Shown piece by piece: positions 43,749 to 54,604 of a DNA stretch of 64,000 nt. How positions within the stretch are numbered: the first letter of the stretch is position 1; every line of letters starts with the position of its first letter. The notes beneath the pieces were generated by a model. The model did no database searches and was not told the DNA's origin. It saw only the letters and a list, made by a program, of their open reading frames with translations. Both the position numbers and the translations under genes were made by a program. The stretch is from Anaeromyxobacter sp. (lineage in GTDB: Bacteria > Myxococcota > Myxococcia > Myxococcales > Anaeromyxobacteraceae). Location: NCBI GenBank assembly GCA_049840735.1, contig JASGJN010000020.1:832001-896000 (forward strand), read 5' to 3'.

Positions 43749-44513
43749 ATGGACTGCAGCGAGCTCGAGCGATCGATCGACGCCTACCTCGACGGCGAGT
43801 TCGACGCGCGCGAGCGCGCCGAGGCCGACGCCCACCTGACCGGCTGCGCGCGCTGCCGGGGGACGGTCGAGGCCCAGGGCCAGGTCCGGACCGCGCTCCG
43901 CGCGCGGCTGCGCGAGGCCACCTCCACCCCCGCCCCCGCCGCCCTGAAGGAGCGGCTGGGCCGGTCGCTGGCGCGCGAGCGCCGCCCGCTCTGGCGCCGC
44001 GCGCTGGGGCCGCTGCCGCTGGCCACCGTGGCCGCCTGCGCCGCAGGTGCGCTGGTGGTGCTGGCCACCCACACCGGCGACGACGCCCTCCTGGAGGACG
44101 CCATCCGCTACCACCACCGGGCCCTGCCGCTCGAGGTGGACGCGGCCGCCATGCCCGGCTGGTTCGCCGGCAAGCTCGACTTCCGCCCCGCCCCGCCGCA
44201 CTTCACCATGGCCAACGTCCAGGTGGAGGGCGCGCGCCTGTCCAACCTGCGCGAGTGGCCGGCTGCCTACATCCGCTACCGCCTGCCCCGCGGCCAGGCC
44301 GGCCTCTTCATCATCGACGACCCGGGCCGGCGCTTCGACGCGCCGGGGCGCGAGGTGAAGGTGGGACAGGACGTGGTCCGGGTGGCCAGCTCGCGCGGCT
44401 ACAACGTGGCCGTGTGGCGGCACGACGAGATCGTCTACTCCCTCGTCTCCGACCTGGACGAGAACGCGCTCTTCCAGCTGGTCCAGACCGCCCAGGTCGA
44501 CAGCGGACGATAG
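43749..44513 (+). CDS. Zinc-binding (zf-HC2) transmembrane anti-sigma factor
   Basis: MDC..AYLDGE..HLTGCARC (HxxxCxxC), TM helix, periplasmic domain; alternative start at 43722. Confidence 0.88.
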   Translation: MDCSELERSIDAYLDGEFDARERAEADAHLTGCARCRGTVEAQGQVRTALRARLREATSTPAPAALKERLGRSLARERRPLWRRALGPLPLATVAACAAGALVVLATHTGDDALLEDAIRYHHRALPLEVDAAAMPGWFAGKLDFRPAPPHFTMANVQVEGARLSNLREWPAAYIRYRLPRGQAGLFIIDDPGRRFDAPGREVKVGQDVVRVASSRGYNVAVWRHDEIVYSLVSDLDENALFQLVQTAQVDSGR

Positions 44514-44642
44514 CGCGTCCCCGCGCCGCGGCACCTTCGCGCTTTTGACACCCCGGCCGGCCCGCGGGTAACATTTTGCCCTGCTATTTCCGGGTCGTGC
44601 GCCGCCTGCGCTGCGCCGCCCGCGCTCCACCCCAGGCCTCCG

Positions 44643-46529
44643 ATGCCCAAGAAGATCCTGCTCATCGAGAACGACTCCGCCTTCGCCGCCCAGATCTCGG
44701 AGTCGCTCGAGTCGAGCGGCTTCGACGTGCGCGTGGCGCCGGAGGGCAAGGGCGGCCTGGATCTCGCGCGCGAGTGGGGCCCGGACGCGGTGGTGCTCTG
44801 CGTCGAGCTCCCGGGGATGAGCGGATACCTGGTCTGCCAGAAGCTGCGCAAGGAGGAGGCGACGCGCGCGCTCCCGCTCATCCTCACCAGCGCCGAGGCC
44901 ACGCCGGACACCTTCGAGAAGCACCGGGCCCTCAAGGTCCGCGCCGACGAGTACCTCTTCAAGCCCTACGTCCCCGGCGACCTGCTGGCGAAGCTGGCCG
45001 CCATCGGCCTGCCGGCCGAGGCGCCCGCGGAGGCGCTCGAGGAGGAGCCGGCCGGCGACGCCGAGGAGCTGGTGAGCCTCGAGGAGGAGATGGGGCTGGA
45101 GGCGCTGGCGCAGGAGCCGGAGGGCGAGCTGCCCCCGTTCGACCTGCAGTCGCTCCCCGACGAGCCCGGCCCCGCCGCCTCGGCCTCGCCCGGGCTGGAC
45201 GACCTCTCGCTCCTGGACGAGGCCTTCGACGGGCTCGCCCCGTCCCGCCCCGCCGATCCGGGCGAGGCCCTCGAGCTGGAGCTGGGCGGCGGCCCCGCCG
45301 GCGACGAGGCCCCGGCCGCCGGCGGCGACGAGCCCTTCTCGTTGGGTGAAGACGGCCCGCTCGGCGACGAGAACCCGCTGGGCGACCTGACCACCGACGC
45401 CGACGCGGCGCTCGGCGCGCTGGGCATGGACTCCGGCGCCGACGAGGGCCCTGGCCTCGAGCTGGACCCCGAGCCGGAGCAGCCGATCCGCGGCGCCAGC
45501 GCCGGCGCGCTCCGCGCCGCCGGCATCCACCTGCTGGACGATCCCGCCCCTGCGCCGGCGCCCATCCGCGCCGCCCCGACGCCGCCTCCGCCCGCGCCGG
45601 AGTCCACCGAGCGAATCACCATCCCCGGCCTGCGCCGGCCGGTGCTCGACCTGCCCACCCCCGCCGCGCGCGCCGAGCGCGCCGAGGCGCCCGAGCCGCG
45701 CGCCTCCGCCGCCTCCTCCGCCGCCGTCGAGCGGCTGGAGCGCGAGCTGGCCGACGCCCGCCACGCCGCGGAGGACGCCCGCGCGGCGGCCGCCGCCCGC
45801 GACACCGAGCTGCGCCAGCTGCGCCAGCGCGCCGACGACTCCGCCCGCCGCGCCGACGAGGCCGAGGCGGCGCTCTCGGAGCGCGACGCCGACCTGGCCT
45901 CGCTGCGCGCCAAGCTGGAGACCATCACCGGCCAGGCCCGCAAGGCCGAGACCGAGCTCAAGACCGTCCGCGAGGAGGCCCGCCGCTCCGCCGACGAGGC
46001 CTACCAGGCCCGCGGCCGGGTGGAGGAGATCGAGCGCCGCGCGGCCCAGGCCGATCAGCGCGTCCAGGCCGCCGAGCGGCGCGCCGAGGCGGCCGAGCGG
46101 CGCGCGGACGAGGCGCAGCACCAGGCGGCCGAGTCCACCGAGCGGATCGAGGCGGCCGAGGCCGAGGTGGTCCGCCGCCAGCAGGAGGTGGACGGCGTGC
46201 TGCAGCGGCTGGAGGCCACCGAGCGGGAGCTGGACGGCCTCCGCACCGACCTGGTGGTCGCGCGCGGCGAGGTGGAGGGGGCGCGGAGCGAGGTGGAGAA
46301 GCGGACCGCCGAGCTGCGCAAGCGGATCTCCGAGCTGGAGGCCGCCGGCGCCAAGAACGAGGAGCGCGTCCTCAAGGCGTACCAGAAGATCAAGGGCGAC
46401 GAGAAGGTGAAGGACAAGGTCCGCAAGGCCATCGCCATCGCGGCGCAGCTGCTCGAGGAGGGCCTGCCGCCCGAGGCGCCCGCCGAGAAGCCGCGGTCCG
46501 GCGCGGCCGTGCTGCTGGAGCGCGAGTAG
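44643..46529 (+). CDS. frzS: FrzS-like pseudo-receiver + coiled-coil protein
   Basis: KKILLIEND..DAVVLCVEL..GYLVCQKL..HRALKVRADEY resembles the FrzS receiver as recalled; acidic/Pro linker; long coiled coil; follows the ECF/anti-sigma pair. Confidence 0.65.
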   Translation: MPKKILLIENDSAFAAQISESLESSGFDVRVAPEGKGGLDLAREWGPDAVVLCVELPGMSGYLVCQKLRKEEATRALPLILTSAEATPDTFEKHRALKVRADEYLFKPYVPGDLLAKLAAIGLPAEAPAEALEEEPAGDAEELVSLEEEMGLEALAQEPEGELPPFDLQSLPDEPGPAASASPGLDDLSLLDEAFDGLAPSRPADPGEALELELGGGPAGDEAPAAGGDEPFSLGEDGPLGDENPLGDLTTDADAALGALGMDSGADEGPGLELDPEPEQPIRGASAGALRAAGIHLLDDPAPAPAPIRAAPTPPPPAPESTERITIPGLRRPVLDLPTPAARAERAEAPEPRASAASSAAVERLERELADARHAAEDARAAAAARDTELRQLRQRADDSARRADEAEAALSERDADLASLRAKLETITGQARKAETELKTVREEARRSADEAYQARGRVEEIERRAAQADQRVQAAERRAEAAERRADEAQHQAAESTERIEAAEAEVVRRQQEVDGVLQRLEATERELDGLRTDLVVARGEVEGARSEVEKRTAELRKRISELEAAGAKNEERVLKAYQKIKGDEKVKDKVRKAIAIAAQLLEEGLPPEAPAEKPRSGAAVLLERE

Positions 46530-46560
46530 CGCGGCGCTCACTCCGAGGCCAATCACCCCA

Positions 46561-46587
46561 CGGGCCAGCCCACGCAGGGCTGGCCCG
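46561..46587. terminator. Hairpin terminator between convergent genes
   Basis: 11-bp perfect stem CGGGCCAGCCC/GGGCTGGCCCG. Confidence 0.6.
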
Positions 46588-46685
46588 CTGCATTTCCTGG
46601 CCCCGCCTCGCCGCCCATTGAAATCGGGCCGCGCCCGGAGGGGTCGGCGGCCCGTTTCACCAGCCAGGATCGGAGGACGGCGACC

Positions 46686-46985
46686 TTACCCCGCAGCCTC
46701 GCCGTGGTACTCGGCCGAGGTGTCGAGGCCGAGGTAGCGGAACAGCCGCTCCTGGTGGCGCCCCAGCCCGACCAGCTGGATGGCGCGCCTGGCGACCAGC
46801 CGCGGCGCGACGACCGCGACCCCCACGTCGAGCAGCTGGCGGACCCGGGTGAAGTCGATCACCAGCGGCGTCGCCTCCGGAAGCTCGCCGAGCCAGGCGG
46901 AGAGTCGCGCCGCCGCAGGGGCATCGAACGTTCCGTCGATGCGCACCACCGTCTCGCCCCGGGCACCGCGCGTCACATCCATCAT
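46686..46985 (-). CDS. STAS domain protein
   Basis: VVRIDGTFD, LVIDFTRV, LFRYLGL; GGAGG RBS. Confidence 0.75.
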   Translation of the reverse strand: MMDVTRGARGETVVRIDGTFDAPAAARLSAWLGELPEATPLVIDFTRVRQLLDVGVAVVAPRLVARRAIQLVGLGRHQERLFRYLGLDTSAEYHGEAAG

Positions 46986-47179
46986 GATTTTTCACCTCCG
47001 CGCGAGAAGTCCATGGTGCCTTCGCTCGGAGTCGCAGTCAACCTGCTTCCCCCACTGGGAGCGAAAAACACTCGCAGTACGGCTGTGCGCGCTCACAGCG
47101 GCGAGAGCCCTGAGCCGCAGCGAAAGCGCCACGCGGTTGCCCCAGGGCCGTCACCCACCACCACGGAGGTATGGGGTCC

Positions 47180-47542
47180 TCAGTGCGTCTCGGGGACCGG
47201 CGCCGACTCGTCGCGGTCGCCCTCCGCGCGCGCTCCGGCGGCGCGGAGCGCGCCGACGGCGGCCCCGATGGCCAGCAGATTGGCGGGAGAGAGCGCCGTC
47301 CGGGCCGCAGCCTTCACGAACGGCCTGAGCACCGGCCAGAGCCCTCCGCCCAGGACGAACCCGGCGGCCGCGGCCACGCCGAGCACCACCATGGGCGTCT
47401 CTTGCATCCGGCGCTCCAGCTCCAGCCGCTCGGCCAGCCGCTCGACGCCCTCCCTGGCCTCGCCCGCCAGCTCGCGGAGCGCCTGGCTCAGGTCGCCGAA
47501 GTCCGCCTCTTCCACGGCTCCTCCCCCCACCCTGTCGTTCAT
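47180..47542 (-). CDS. Hypothetical small membrane-anchored protein
   Basis: GGAGG RBS; helical N-terminus plus PMVVLGVAAAAGFVLGGG anchor. Confidence 0.6.
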   Translation of the reverse strand: MNDRVGGGAVEEADFGDLSQALRELAGEAREGVERLAERLELERRMQETPMVVLGVAAAAGFVLGGGLWPVLRPFVKAAARTALSPANLLAIGAAVGALRAAGARAEGDRDESAPVPETH

Positions 47543-47556
47543 GGCAAGCGCCTCCC

Positions 47557-47778
47557 TCACGCCCTGGAGAGCAGCCGGCCGAGCACGAAGCCCAGCCCCA
47601 CGGCCATCCCCACGGCAGCCAGCGGCCGCTCCCGGGCGAAGCTGCGGACGAATTCCCCGGCGTCCTCCGCGTAGCCTCGCATCCCCTCCAGCCGCTGCTG
47701 GGCGTCGGACGCCAGCTCCTCTGCCTTGCGCCGCACCCCTTGCGCCGCCTCCTCCACGCTCCTGCCGCCGTCTTCCAT
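47557..47778 (-). CDS. DUF883/ElaB/YqjD-like tail-anchored protein
   Basis: FARERPLAAVGMAVGLGFVLGRLLSR C-terminus. Confidence 0.8.
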   Translation of the reverse strand: MEDGGRSVEEAAQGVRRKAEELASDAQQRLEGMRGYAEDAGEFVRSFARERPLAAVGMAVGLGFVLGRLLSRA

Positions 47779-48050
47779 GGTCTCTCCGCCGGCGGGCGCC
47801 GCGCCCACCTCTCGCGGCAAGGTAGGCTGCGCGCCACGGTGTGGCCAAAGCCCCGGGCAGGCGCGGCCCCGCACGCCCGCTCTGGTGACTGTGCGAGGAG
47901 GCTCGCTGGGCGGGGTGGGTCACCCGCGAGTCCGCTCGGACTCACGGTCCCATCCGGCTCGACCCACGGGTCGATCCCGAGAAATCCCCGACAAATCAAC
48001 GTTGATTGCGGGACGCGGGACGACCGGGCGGCTTGGCACGCAGGGTGGAT

Positions 48051-49829
48051 ATGGCCCTGGCGCGGATGACTACGCCTTCGGACCTCCCGGCAGCACTCGA
48101 CGCGTCGCGTGAGCGGCTCGGCCTGGCTGCGCGAGCGCTGGAGGCCTTCCTGACCGGCTCCGAGGACGTCTTCCTCGACGTGGGGCGGCGGCTGGGCGGG
48201 CTGGGCGACAGCGCCCGCCAGCTGGTGTCTGCGTCCACCGCCGACGGCGAGGCCGCACCCGATGGCGGGGAGAGCCCGGTCGATCAGCTCCAGCGGGCCT
48301 TCGACCGCCTGGAGCTCCACGTCGGCGCCACCCGCGACGCGGCGGCGGCCGGCCTGGAGGGGCTGGTGAAGCTGCTGGCACGCGCCGAGGAGATCACCAG
48401 CGCCCGCGACGAGCTCGAGAACGTGCCGCGGACCCTGCGGGTGCTGGGGATGAACCTCCGCATCGAGACGGCCCGGGTGCTGAACGGCAGCGCCGGGCTC
48501 GACTCGGTCGCGTCCGAGGTTCGCCGACTGGCCGACCTGGTCGAGCCGAAGTTCAGGGCGGTCGTCGAGCAGGCGGGAACGCTCCACGCCACCGCGGCCT
48601 CGGCCCGGGAGGCCTCGCAGGCCATCCTGGCCAGGCAGTCGGGCTGGTCGCGGGACCTGCTCCAGGACACCCGGGCCGCGCTGGGCTCGCTGCGGGAGCA
48701 CGCCCTGGCCCAGGGCGCGCTGACCGCCCAGGCTGGGAACGCCGCGATCCAGATCAAGCGCGACGTGGACCAGGTGCTGGTCTCCCTGCTGGCCCACGAC
48801 GCGACGCGCCAGGTGATCGAGCACGTCATCGAGGAGCTGGCCGCCTTCGAGGCCGACGTCGAGGCCGCGTCGCCCGGGCTGGACGCAGAGGCGTGGCTGG
48901 GCGAGGCCGGCGCGCTGGCCCGGCTGCTGGCGGCGCAGCTGACCGGCGGGCGGGAGCGGCTGGTGGCCGCGTTCCGGGGCATCGACGCCCACCTCGGCGC
49001 CCTGGCGCGCCGGGTGGACGAGCTGGGCGGCGAGGCGGGGCGGCTGGCCGGGCTGGGCGGCGACGGCTCCAGCCTGGAGCGGGTGCACGCCGCGGTCGGG
49101 CAGGCCTCCGCGGCGCTGCGCCAGCACGCGGCCCACGGCGCCGAGATGGCGGCGGCGCAGCAGCGGGTGACCGCGACGGTCCGCGCCACGGTGGCCCACG
49201 TCCGCGACCTGGAGCAGATCGCCGGCGCCATCAAGATCATCGCCCTCAACGCGCTGGTGGAGACCGAGCGCTCCGGCGACAGCGGGCGGGTGCTGGCCGT
49301 GCTGGCCCGCAGCATCGGCGGCCTGGCCACCGACGTGGTTCGGCGCACCGGCGAGGTGTCCCGCACGCTGCAGGCCATCGGGCAGCTCGCGGAGGGGCTG
49401 GGGGCCGGCGGCGCCGCCGAGGGCGAGGCGGCCACGCTCACCGGCGCGCTGGAGTCGCTCGCGGCCCGCCTGGGCGACGGGCAGGCGGCGCTGCGCGCCG
49501 GCGCCGAGGCGGTGCACCGCGGCAGCGCGGTCCTGCAGCGGGAGGTGGCCGCGATCGCGGACCGGCTCCGCGAGCAGGCCGAGGCCGCCCAGCGGCTGAC
49601 GCGGCTGGAGCAGGGCCTGACCCGCCTGGCCGAGGCGGCCGAGCGGCTCGCCTCGCCCGAGGCCGCGACGCGCCTGGAGGGGCGCCGCGCGGCCGCCCTC
49701 GGGCGCTACACGATGAACGCCGAGCGCGACATCCATCACCGCCTCTCCGGCCGGTCGCCGCTGCCGGCCGCCGCGGCCTCCGCCTCCGGCGGCGGCAGCG
49801 GCCTGGGCGACAACGTGGAGCTCTTCTGA
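48051..49829 (+). CDS. Soluble MCP-like coiled-coil chemotaxis protein
   Basis: No TM helix; two degenerate signalling-tip motifs; C-terminal GDNVELF; start uncertain (48051 or 48066). Confidence 0.7.
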   Translation: MALARMTTPSDLPAALDASRERLGLAARALEAFLTGSEDVFLDVGRRLGGLGDSARQLVSASTADGEAAPDGGESPVDQLQRAFDRLELHVGATRDAAAAGLEGLVKLLARAEEITSARDELENVPRTLRVLGMNLRIETARVLNGSAGLDSVASEVRRLADLVEPKFRAVVEQAGTLHATAASAREASQAILARQSGWSRDLLQDTRAALGSLREHALAQGALTAQAGNAAIQIKRDVDQVLVSLLAHDATRQVIEHVIEELAAFEADVEAASPGLDAEAWLGEAGALARLLAAQLTGGRERLVAAFRGIDAHLGALARRVDELGGEAGRLAGLGGDGSSLERVHAAVGQASAALRQHAAHGAEMAAAQQRVTATVRATVAHVRDLEQIAGAIKIIALNALVETERSGDSGRVLAVLARSIGGLATDVVRRTGEVSRTLQAIGQLAEGLGAGGAAEGEAATLTGALESLAARLGDGQAALRAGAEAVHRGSAVLQREVAAIADRLREQAEAAQRLTRLEQGLTRLAEAAERLASPEAATRLEGRRAAALGRYTMNAERDIHHRLSGRSPLPAAAASASGGGSGLGDNVELF

Positions 49830-49837
49830 GGCCCCCC

Positions 49838-50128
49838 ATGCCCATCGTCCTGCCCACCGCGCTGACCGTGCTCACCGCCGCCGACGTGAAGGCGCTGCTG
49901 CTCCCGGCCCTGGCGGCCGGCGGCCCGCTGGAGCTGGACGGGCGCGCCGTGGCGGAGGTGGACGCGGCGGGGCTGCAGCTGCTGGTGGCCGCGGGGCGGA
50001 GCGCGCGGGCAGGCGGCGGCGCGGCCCGGTTCGTGCCCGGCGGCCACAGCCACGCGCTGCGCGAGGCGCTGGCGGCGGGTGGGCTGGGCGCCGGCGAGGA
50101 CGGCTGGCTGGTCGAGGAGGACGGGTGA
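49838..50128 (+). CDS. STAS domain protein (chemosensory operon)
   Basis: LELDGRAVAEVDAAGLQLL. Confidence 0.85.
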   Translation: MPIVLPTALTVLTAADVKALLLPALAAGGPLELDGRAVAEVDAAGLQLLVAAGRSARAGGGAARFVPGGHSHALREALAAGGLGAGEDGWLVEEDG

Positions 50129-50496
50129 TGGCGAAGCGCGTGCTGGTGGTGGACGACTCGGCGAGCGTGCGCCAGGTCTCGGCGATGGTCCTGGCCGGCG
50201 CCGGCTACGAGGTGCTGGAGGCGTCGGACGGGAATGACGCGCTGCGCGCGCTGACCGCCGGCCGCGTGAACCTGATCCTCACCGACCTCAACATGCCCCA
50301 CCTGGACGGCATCGGCCTGATCCGCGCCGTGCGGGCCGACGCCACCCACCGCCTCACGCCGATGGTGATGGTCACCACCGAGTCCCAGGCCGAGCGCAAG
50401 GCCGAGGGGAAGGCCGCGGGCGCCACCGGGTGGGTGGTGAAGCCGTTCACGCCGGACCAGCTGCTGGCGGTGGTCCGGAAGGTGCTGGGGGCCTGA
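50128..50496 (+). CDS. cheY: CheY-like response regulator
   Basis: VVDDS, TDLNMP, VTTES, GATGWVVKPF. Confidence 0.93.
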   Translation: MAKRVLVVDDSASVRQVSAMVLAGAGYEVLEASDGNDALRALTAGRVNLILTDLNMPHLDGIGLIRAVRADATHRLTPMVMVTTESQAERKAEGKAAGATGWVVKPFTPDQLLAVVRKVLGA

Positions 50497-50503
50497 GGCA
50501 GCC

Positions 50504-52534
50504 ATGAAGACCTTCGACCAGCTGGCGGCGGCATACCGGGAAGAGGCGGCGGAGCGGATCGCCGAGCTGGAGGCGGCGCTGCTGCAGCTCGAGGAGCGCC
50601 CGGCCGATGACGCCCTGGTGGACCAGGCCTTCCGGGCCATGCACACCATCAAGGGCTCCGGGGCGATGTTCGGCTTCGACGACGTCGCCGCCTTCACGCA
50701 CGAGGTGGAGACCATCTTCGAGCTGGTGCGGTCCGGGCAGGTGCCGGTCTCGCGCGAGCTGATCCGCCTGACGCTCCACGCCAAGGACCTGATCCGCGAT
50801 CTGCTCGAGGGCGCGGGCGCCGCGTCCGCCCCGGCCCGCGCCCACGTGGTGGCGGCGCTCCGCGCGCTCCGCCCCGGCGCCGTCCCCGAGGCCGCGCCGG
50901 GCACGGCCGGGCCGCCGTCGGTCGCGGCGCCCCCCACGCCGGTCTCCGGCCACCGGGTCCGCTTCCAGCCCGGACCGGAGCTCTTCCTCGACGGCACCAA
51001 CCCCCTCGGCCTGCTGGGCGAGCTGCGCAGCATGGGCCCGTGCCAGGTGGTGGCCGACACCTCCGCCGTCCCGCCGCTGGAGACGCTCGACCCGGAGCGC
51101 TGCCACCTGGCCTGGGAGGTCTCGCTGACCACGCAGCGGGGCGCCGACGCCATCCGCGACGTCTTCATCTTCGTCGAGGACCACTGCCAGCTGCGGATCG
51201 AGCCGATCGAGGTGGCGCCGTCCGCGCTCCCTCTGGCTCCAGCCCCGGCGGCCGCCGCCGCGGCGACCGCCCCGCCCAACCTCCCGCCCCCGCCGACCGC
51301 CGAGCCGGCACCGGCGCCCGCGCCGGCCGCTGGGCCCGCGCCGGCGACGTCGGCCGCCGCGTCCCCTCCGGCGGCGAGCATCCGCGTGGCGGCCACCAAG
51401 CTCGACCGGCTGGTGGACCTGGTGGGCGAGCTGGTCATCGCCCAGGCGCGCCTGAGCCGCCTGGCCTCGCTGCGCGAGGACGCCGAGCTCCTGGCCATCT
51501 CCGAGGACGTGGAGCGGCTCTCGGCCGAGCTGCGGGACGGCACGCTGGACGTCCGCATGCTCCCCATCGGCACCACCTTCGGTCGCTTCCAGCGGGTGGT
51601 CCACGACCTCGCCGCCGAGCTGGGCAAGGAGGTCGTGCTCGAGACGGAGGGCGCGGACACGGAGCTGGACAAGACCGTCATCGAGCGGCTGGTGGACCCG
51701 CTGGTCCACCTGATCCGGAACGCCTGCGATCACGGCCTGGAGCAGCCCGCGGCCCGCGTGGCGGCCGGCAAGCCGGCCCGCGGCACGGTGCGCCTCTCCG
51801 CCAGCCACTCCGGCGGCAGCGTCCTCATCGACATCCAGGACGACGGCCGGGGGCTGGACCCGGAGCGGATCCGCGCCAAGGCCGTCGAGAACGGCGAGAT
51901 CGCGCCCGACGCGCAGCTGTCCGAGGCGGAGATCTTCGAGCTGATCTTCCGCCCTGGCCTCTCCACCGCCCGCAGCCTCTCCAGCGTGTCCGGGCGGGGC
52001 GTGGGGATGGACGTGGTGAAGTCCTCGGTGGAGGCGCTGCGCGGCACGGTCCGGGTGGAGAGCGTGCACGGCCGCGGCACCTCCGTGCACATCACCCTCC
52101 CCCTCACCCTGGCCATCATCGACGGCCTGCTGGTCACCGTCGGCGAGGGCACCTACGTGCTGCCGCTGTCGAGCGTCGAGGAGTGCGTCGAGCTCACCGC
52201 CGCCGAGGTGGAGCGCGGGCACGGCTCGCGCCTGGCCGCCGTCCGGGGCGAGCTCATCCCCTACCTCCGGCTCCGCGAGGTCTTCGACGTGCCCGGCGAG
52301 CGGCCGGCCATCGAGGAGCTCGCCATCGTCCGCGTGGACGGCGTCCGCTACGGGCTGACCGTGGACGACGTGGTCGGGCAGCACCAGACCGTCATCAAGT
52401 CCCTGGGCCGCATGTACCGCGGCCTCCGGGGCCTCTCAGGCGCCACCATCCTCGGCGACGGCGCAGTGGCGCTGATCGTCGACGTGGCGGCCCTCATCTC
52501 CAGCATCGAGCGCAGGAAGGAGCGCGTGGCATGA
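50504..52534 (+). CDS. cheA: Chemotaxis histidine kinase
   Basis: Hpt [10 protein letters not shown]2 domain, [32 protein letters not shown], CheW domain. Confidence 0.96.
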   Translation: MKTFDQLAAAYREEAAERIAELEAALLQLEERPADDALVDQAFRAMHTIKGSGAMFGFDDVAAFTHEVETIFELVRSGQVPVSRELIRLTLHAKDLIRDLLEGAGAASAPARAHVVAALRALRPGAVPEAAPGTAGPPSVAAPPTPVSGHRVRFQPGPELFLDGTNPLGLLGELRSMGPCQVVADTSAVPPLETLDPERCHLAWEVSLTTQRGADAIRDVFIFVEDHCQLRIEPIEVAPSALPLAPAPAAAAAATAPPNLPPPPTAEPAPAPAPAAGPAPATSAAASPPAASIRVAATKLDRLVDLVGELVIAQARLSRLASLREDAELLAISEDVERLSAELRDGTLDVRMLPIGTTFGRFQRVVHDLAAELGKEVVLETEGADTELDKTVIERLVDPLVHLIRNACDHGLEQPAARVAAGKPARGTVRLSASHSGGSVLIDIQDDGRGLDPERIRAKAVENGEIAPDAQLSEAEIFELIFRPGLSTARSLSSVSGRGVGMDVVKSSVEALRGTVRVESVHGRGTSVHITLPLTLAIIDGLLVTVGEGTYVLPLSSVEECVELTAAEVERGHGSRLAAVRGELIPYLRLREVFDVPGERPAIEELAIVRVDGVRYGLTVDDVVGQHQTVIKSLGRMYRGLRGLSGATILGDGAVALIVDVAALISSIERRKERVA

Positions 52535-54591
52535 AGAAGTTCAACGACCTCGGCCTCTCCACCAAGCTCATCGCGAGCTTCATCCTGGTCGCCTGCGGCG
52601 CAGCCGCCGTGGGCGCCCTGGGCTATTTCAGCATCGTCCGCATGGAGCGCGCGGACACCTTCCTCTACGAGCGGGTCACCCAGCCGCTCAAGCACCTGGG
52701 CGCCGCGTACGGCGAGTTCCGCTCGCAGCGGTCGGACCTGTACGACGGGCTGACGGCCAGGACCCCGGCCGAGCGCGACGGGGCCTTCAAGTCGGCCGCG
52801 GAGTGCGACGGCGACATGCGCGCCGCGCTGGCGCTCTACGAGGAGACCCTGGCCGCCGGCGACGCGCGCGCCACCGAGCTGGCCGAGCTGCGGCGGCTCT
52901 ACGACGCCTACGCCGCGGTGCGCGGCCAGGGCATGGACCTGATCCGGGCCGGCAACGCGGGCAAGTCGGCCGCCTTCCTCCAGGGCGAGCTGCAGAAGGC
53001 GCGCGGCCCGGTGTCGAAGCAGTTCAAGAAGATGATGGACGGCGAGACCGCCCTGGCGGAGAGCACCTCCGCCCAGAACACCGAGCTGGCCCACGCCGCC
53101 GGCAACCAGATGGTGGCCGTGGCCGGCGCGGCGCTGGCCCTGGCGCTCCTGCTGGGCATCTTCATCGCCCGCTCGCTGGCCGGGCCGGTCAAGGCGCTGG
53201 TGGCCGCGGCCAACAAGATCGCGGCCGGCGACCTGGAGGTCGAGCTCGAGACCGGGCGGCGGGACGAGATGGGCGAGCTGGCCGGCGCCTTCACCCGCAT
53301 GGTCGAGGCCATCCAGGCCCTCTCCACCGACGCCCACCAGCTGGTGGAGGCGGCCGGGAACGGCCGGCTGGCGGTGCGGGCCGACGAGACCCGCCACCAG
53401 GGCGACTTCCGCAAGATCGTGGGCGGCGTCAACGCCACGCTGGACGCGGTCATCGGGCCGCTCAACGTGGCCGCGGCCTGCATCGACCGGATCTCCAAGG
53501 GCGACGTCCCGCCGCGCATCACCGAGACCTACCGCGGCGACTTCGACGGGCTGAAGCAGAACCTCAACCTGCTCATCGAGGCCATGGAGCGCGTCACCCG
53601 CGTGGCCCAGGAGATCGCCTCGGGCAACCTGCAGCTGGAGGTGCGCGAGCGCTCCTCGCAGGACGAGCTGATGCGGGCGCTGGCGGCCATGGTCCGCAAG
53701 CTCACCATGGTCGTGCAGGGCGTGCAGGGCGCCTCGGACAACGTGGCCTCCGGCTCGCGCCAGCTGAGCTCCTCCTCCGAGCAGCTCTCGCAGGGCGCCA
53801 CCGAGCAGGCCTCCTCCATCGAGGAGATCTCCTCCTCCATGGAGCAGATGGGCGCCAACATCCGGCAGAACGCCGACAACGCCTCCCAGACCGAGCGCAT
53901 CGCGCTCAAGGCCGCCGCCGACGCCCGCGAGGGCGGCGACGCGGTTCCCCGCACCGTGGAGGCCATGAAGCAGATCGCCGCCAAGATCTCCATCATCGAG
54001 GAGATCTCCCGGCAGACCAACCTGCTGGCCCTCAACGCCGCCATCGAGGCCGCCCGCGCCGGCGAGCACGGCAAGGGGTTCGCGGTGGTGGCCTCCGAGG
54101 TGCGGAAGCTGGCGGAGCGGAGCCAGAAGGCCGCCGCCGAGATCACCGGCCTGTCCGGCACCAGCGTGGCGGTGGCCGAGAAGGCGGGCGGGCTGCTCTC
54201 GCGCATCCTGCCCGACGTGCAGCGCACCGCCGAGCTGGTCCAGGAGATCACGGCGGCCAGCCGCGAGCAGGACAACGGCGCCGCCCAGATCACCAAGGCC
54301 ATCCAGCAGCTGGACCAGGTGATCCAGCAGAACGCCTCCAGCGCCGAGGAGACCAGCGCCACCGCCGAGGAGCTGACGGCCCAGGCGAGCCACCTGCAGG
54401 CCACCATCGCCTTCTTCAAGGTGGAGGCGCTGGGGCGGGCCGAGCCGCCGCCGCCGCGCCCGGCCCGGGCCTCCGCGCCCGCGCCGCGCCCGCAGCGCGT
54501 GCTCCCCGCGCCGGCCCCGGCCGTCGCGGCGGAGGGCGTCAACCTCGACCTGGGGCCAGAGGAGCCGGAGCCCGGCTTCCGGGCCTACTAG
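52531..54591 (+). CDS. Methyl-accepting chemotaxis protein (4HB sensor, poly-HAMP)
   Basis: Two TM helices, HAMPs, [28 protein letters not shown]-terminal GFRAY pentapeptide. Confidence 0.95.
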   Translation: MKKFNDLGLSTKLIASFILVACGAAAVGALGYFSIVRMERADTFLYERVTQPLKHLGAAYGEFRSQRSDLYDGLTARTPAERDGAFKSAAECDGDMRAALALYEETLAAGDARATELAELRRLYDAYAAVRGQGMDLIRAGNAGKSAAFLQGELQKARGPVSKQFKKMMDGETALAESTSAQNTELAHAAGNQMVAVAGAALALALLLGIFIARSLAGPVKALVAAANKIAAGDLEVELETGRRDEMGELAGAFTRMVEAIQALSTDAHQLVEAAGNGRLAVRADETRHQGDFRKIVGGVNATLDAVIGPLNVAAACIDRISKGDVPPRITETYRGDFDGLKQNLNLLIEAMERVTRVAQEIASGNLQLEVRERSSQDELMRALAAMVRKLTMVVQGVQGASDNVASGSRQLSSSSEQLSQGATEQASSIEEISSSMEQMGANIRQNADNASQTERIALKAAADAREGGDAVPRTVEAMKQIAAKISIIEEISRQTNLLALNAAIEAARAGEHGKGFAVVASEVRKLAERSQKAAAEITGLSGTSVAVAEKAGGLLSRILPDVQRTAELVQEITAASREQDNGAAQITKAIQQLDQVIQQNASSAEETSATAEELTAQASHLQATIAFFKVEALGRAEPPPPRPARASAPAPRPQRVLPAPAPAVAAEGVNLDLGPEEPEPGFRAY

Positions 54592-54604
54592 CGGGAGCCC
54601 CGCC

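Noticed and set aside
46990..47175. Possible structured ncRNA in the lower-GC gap upstream of the STAS gene
   Set aside because: Only short stems and no recognisable family; more simply a promoter region
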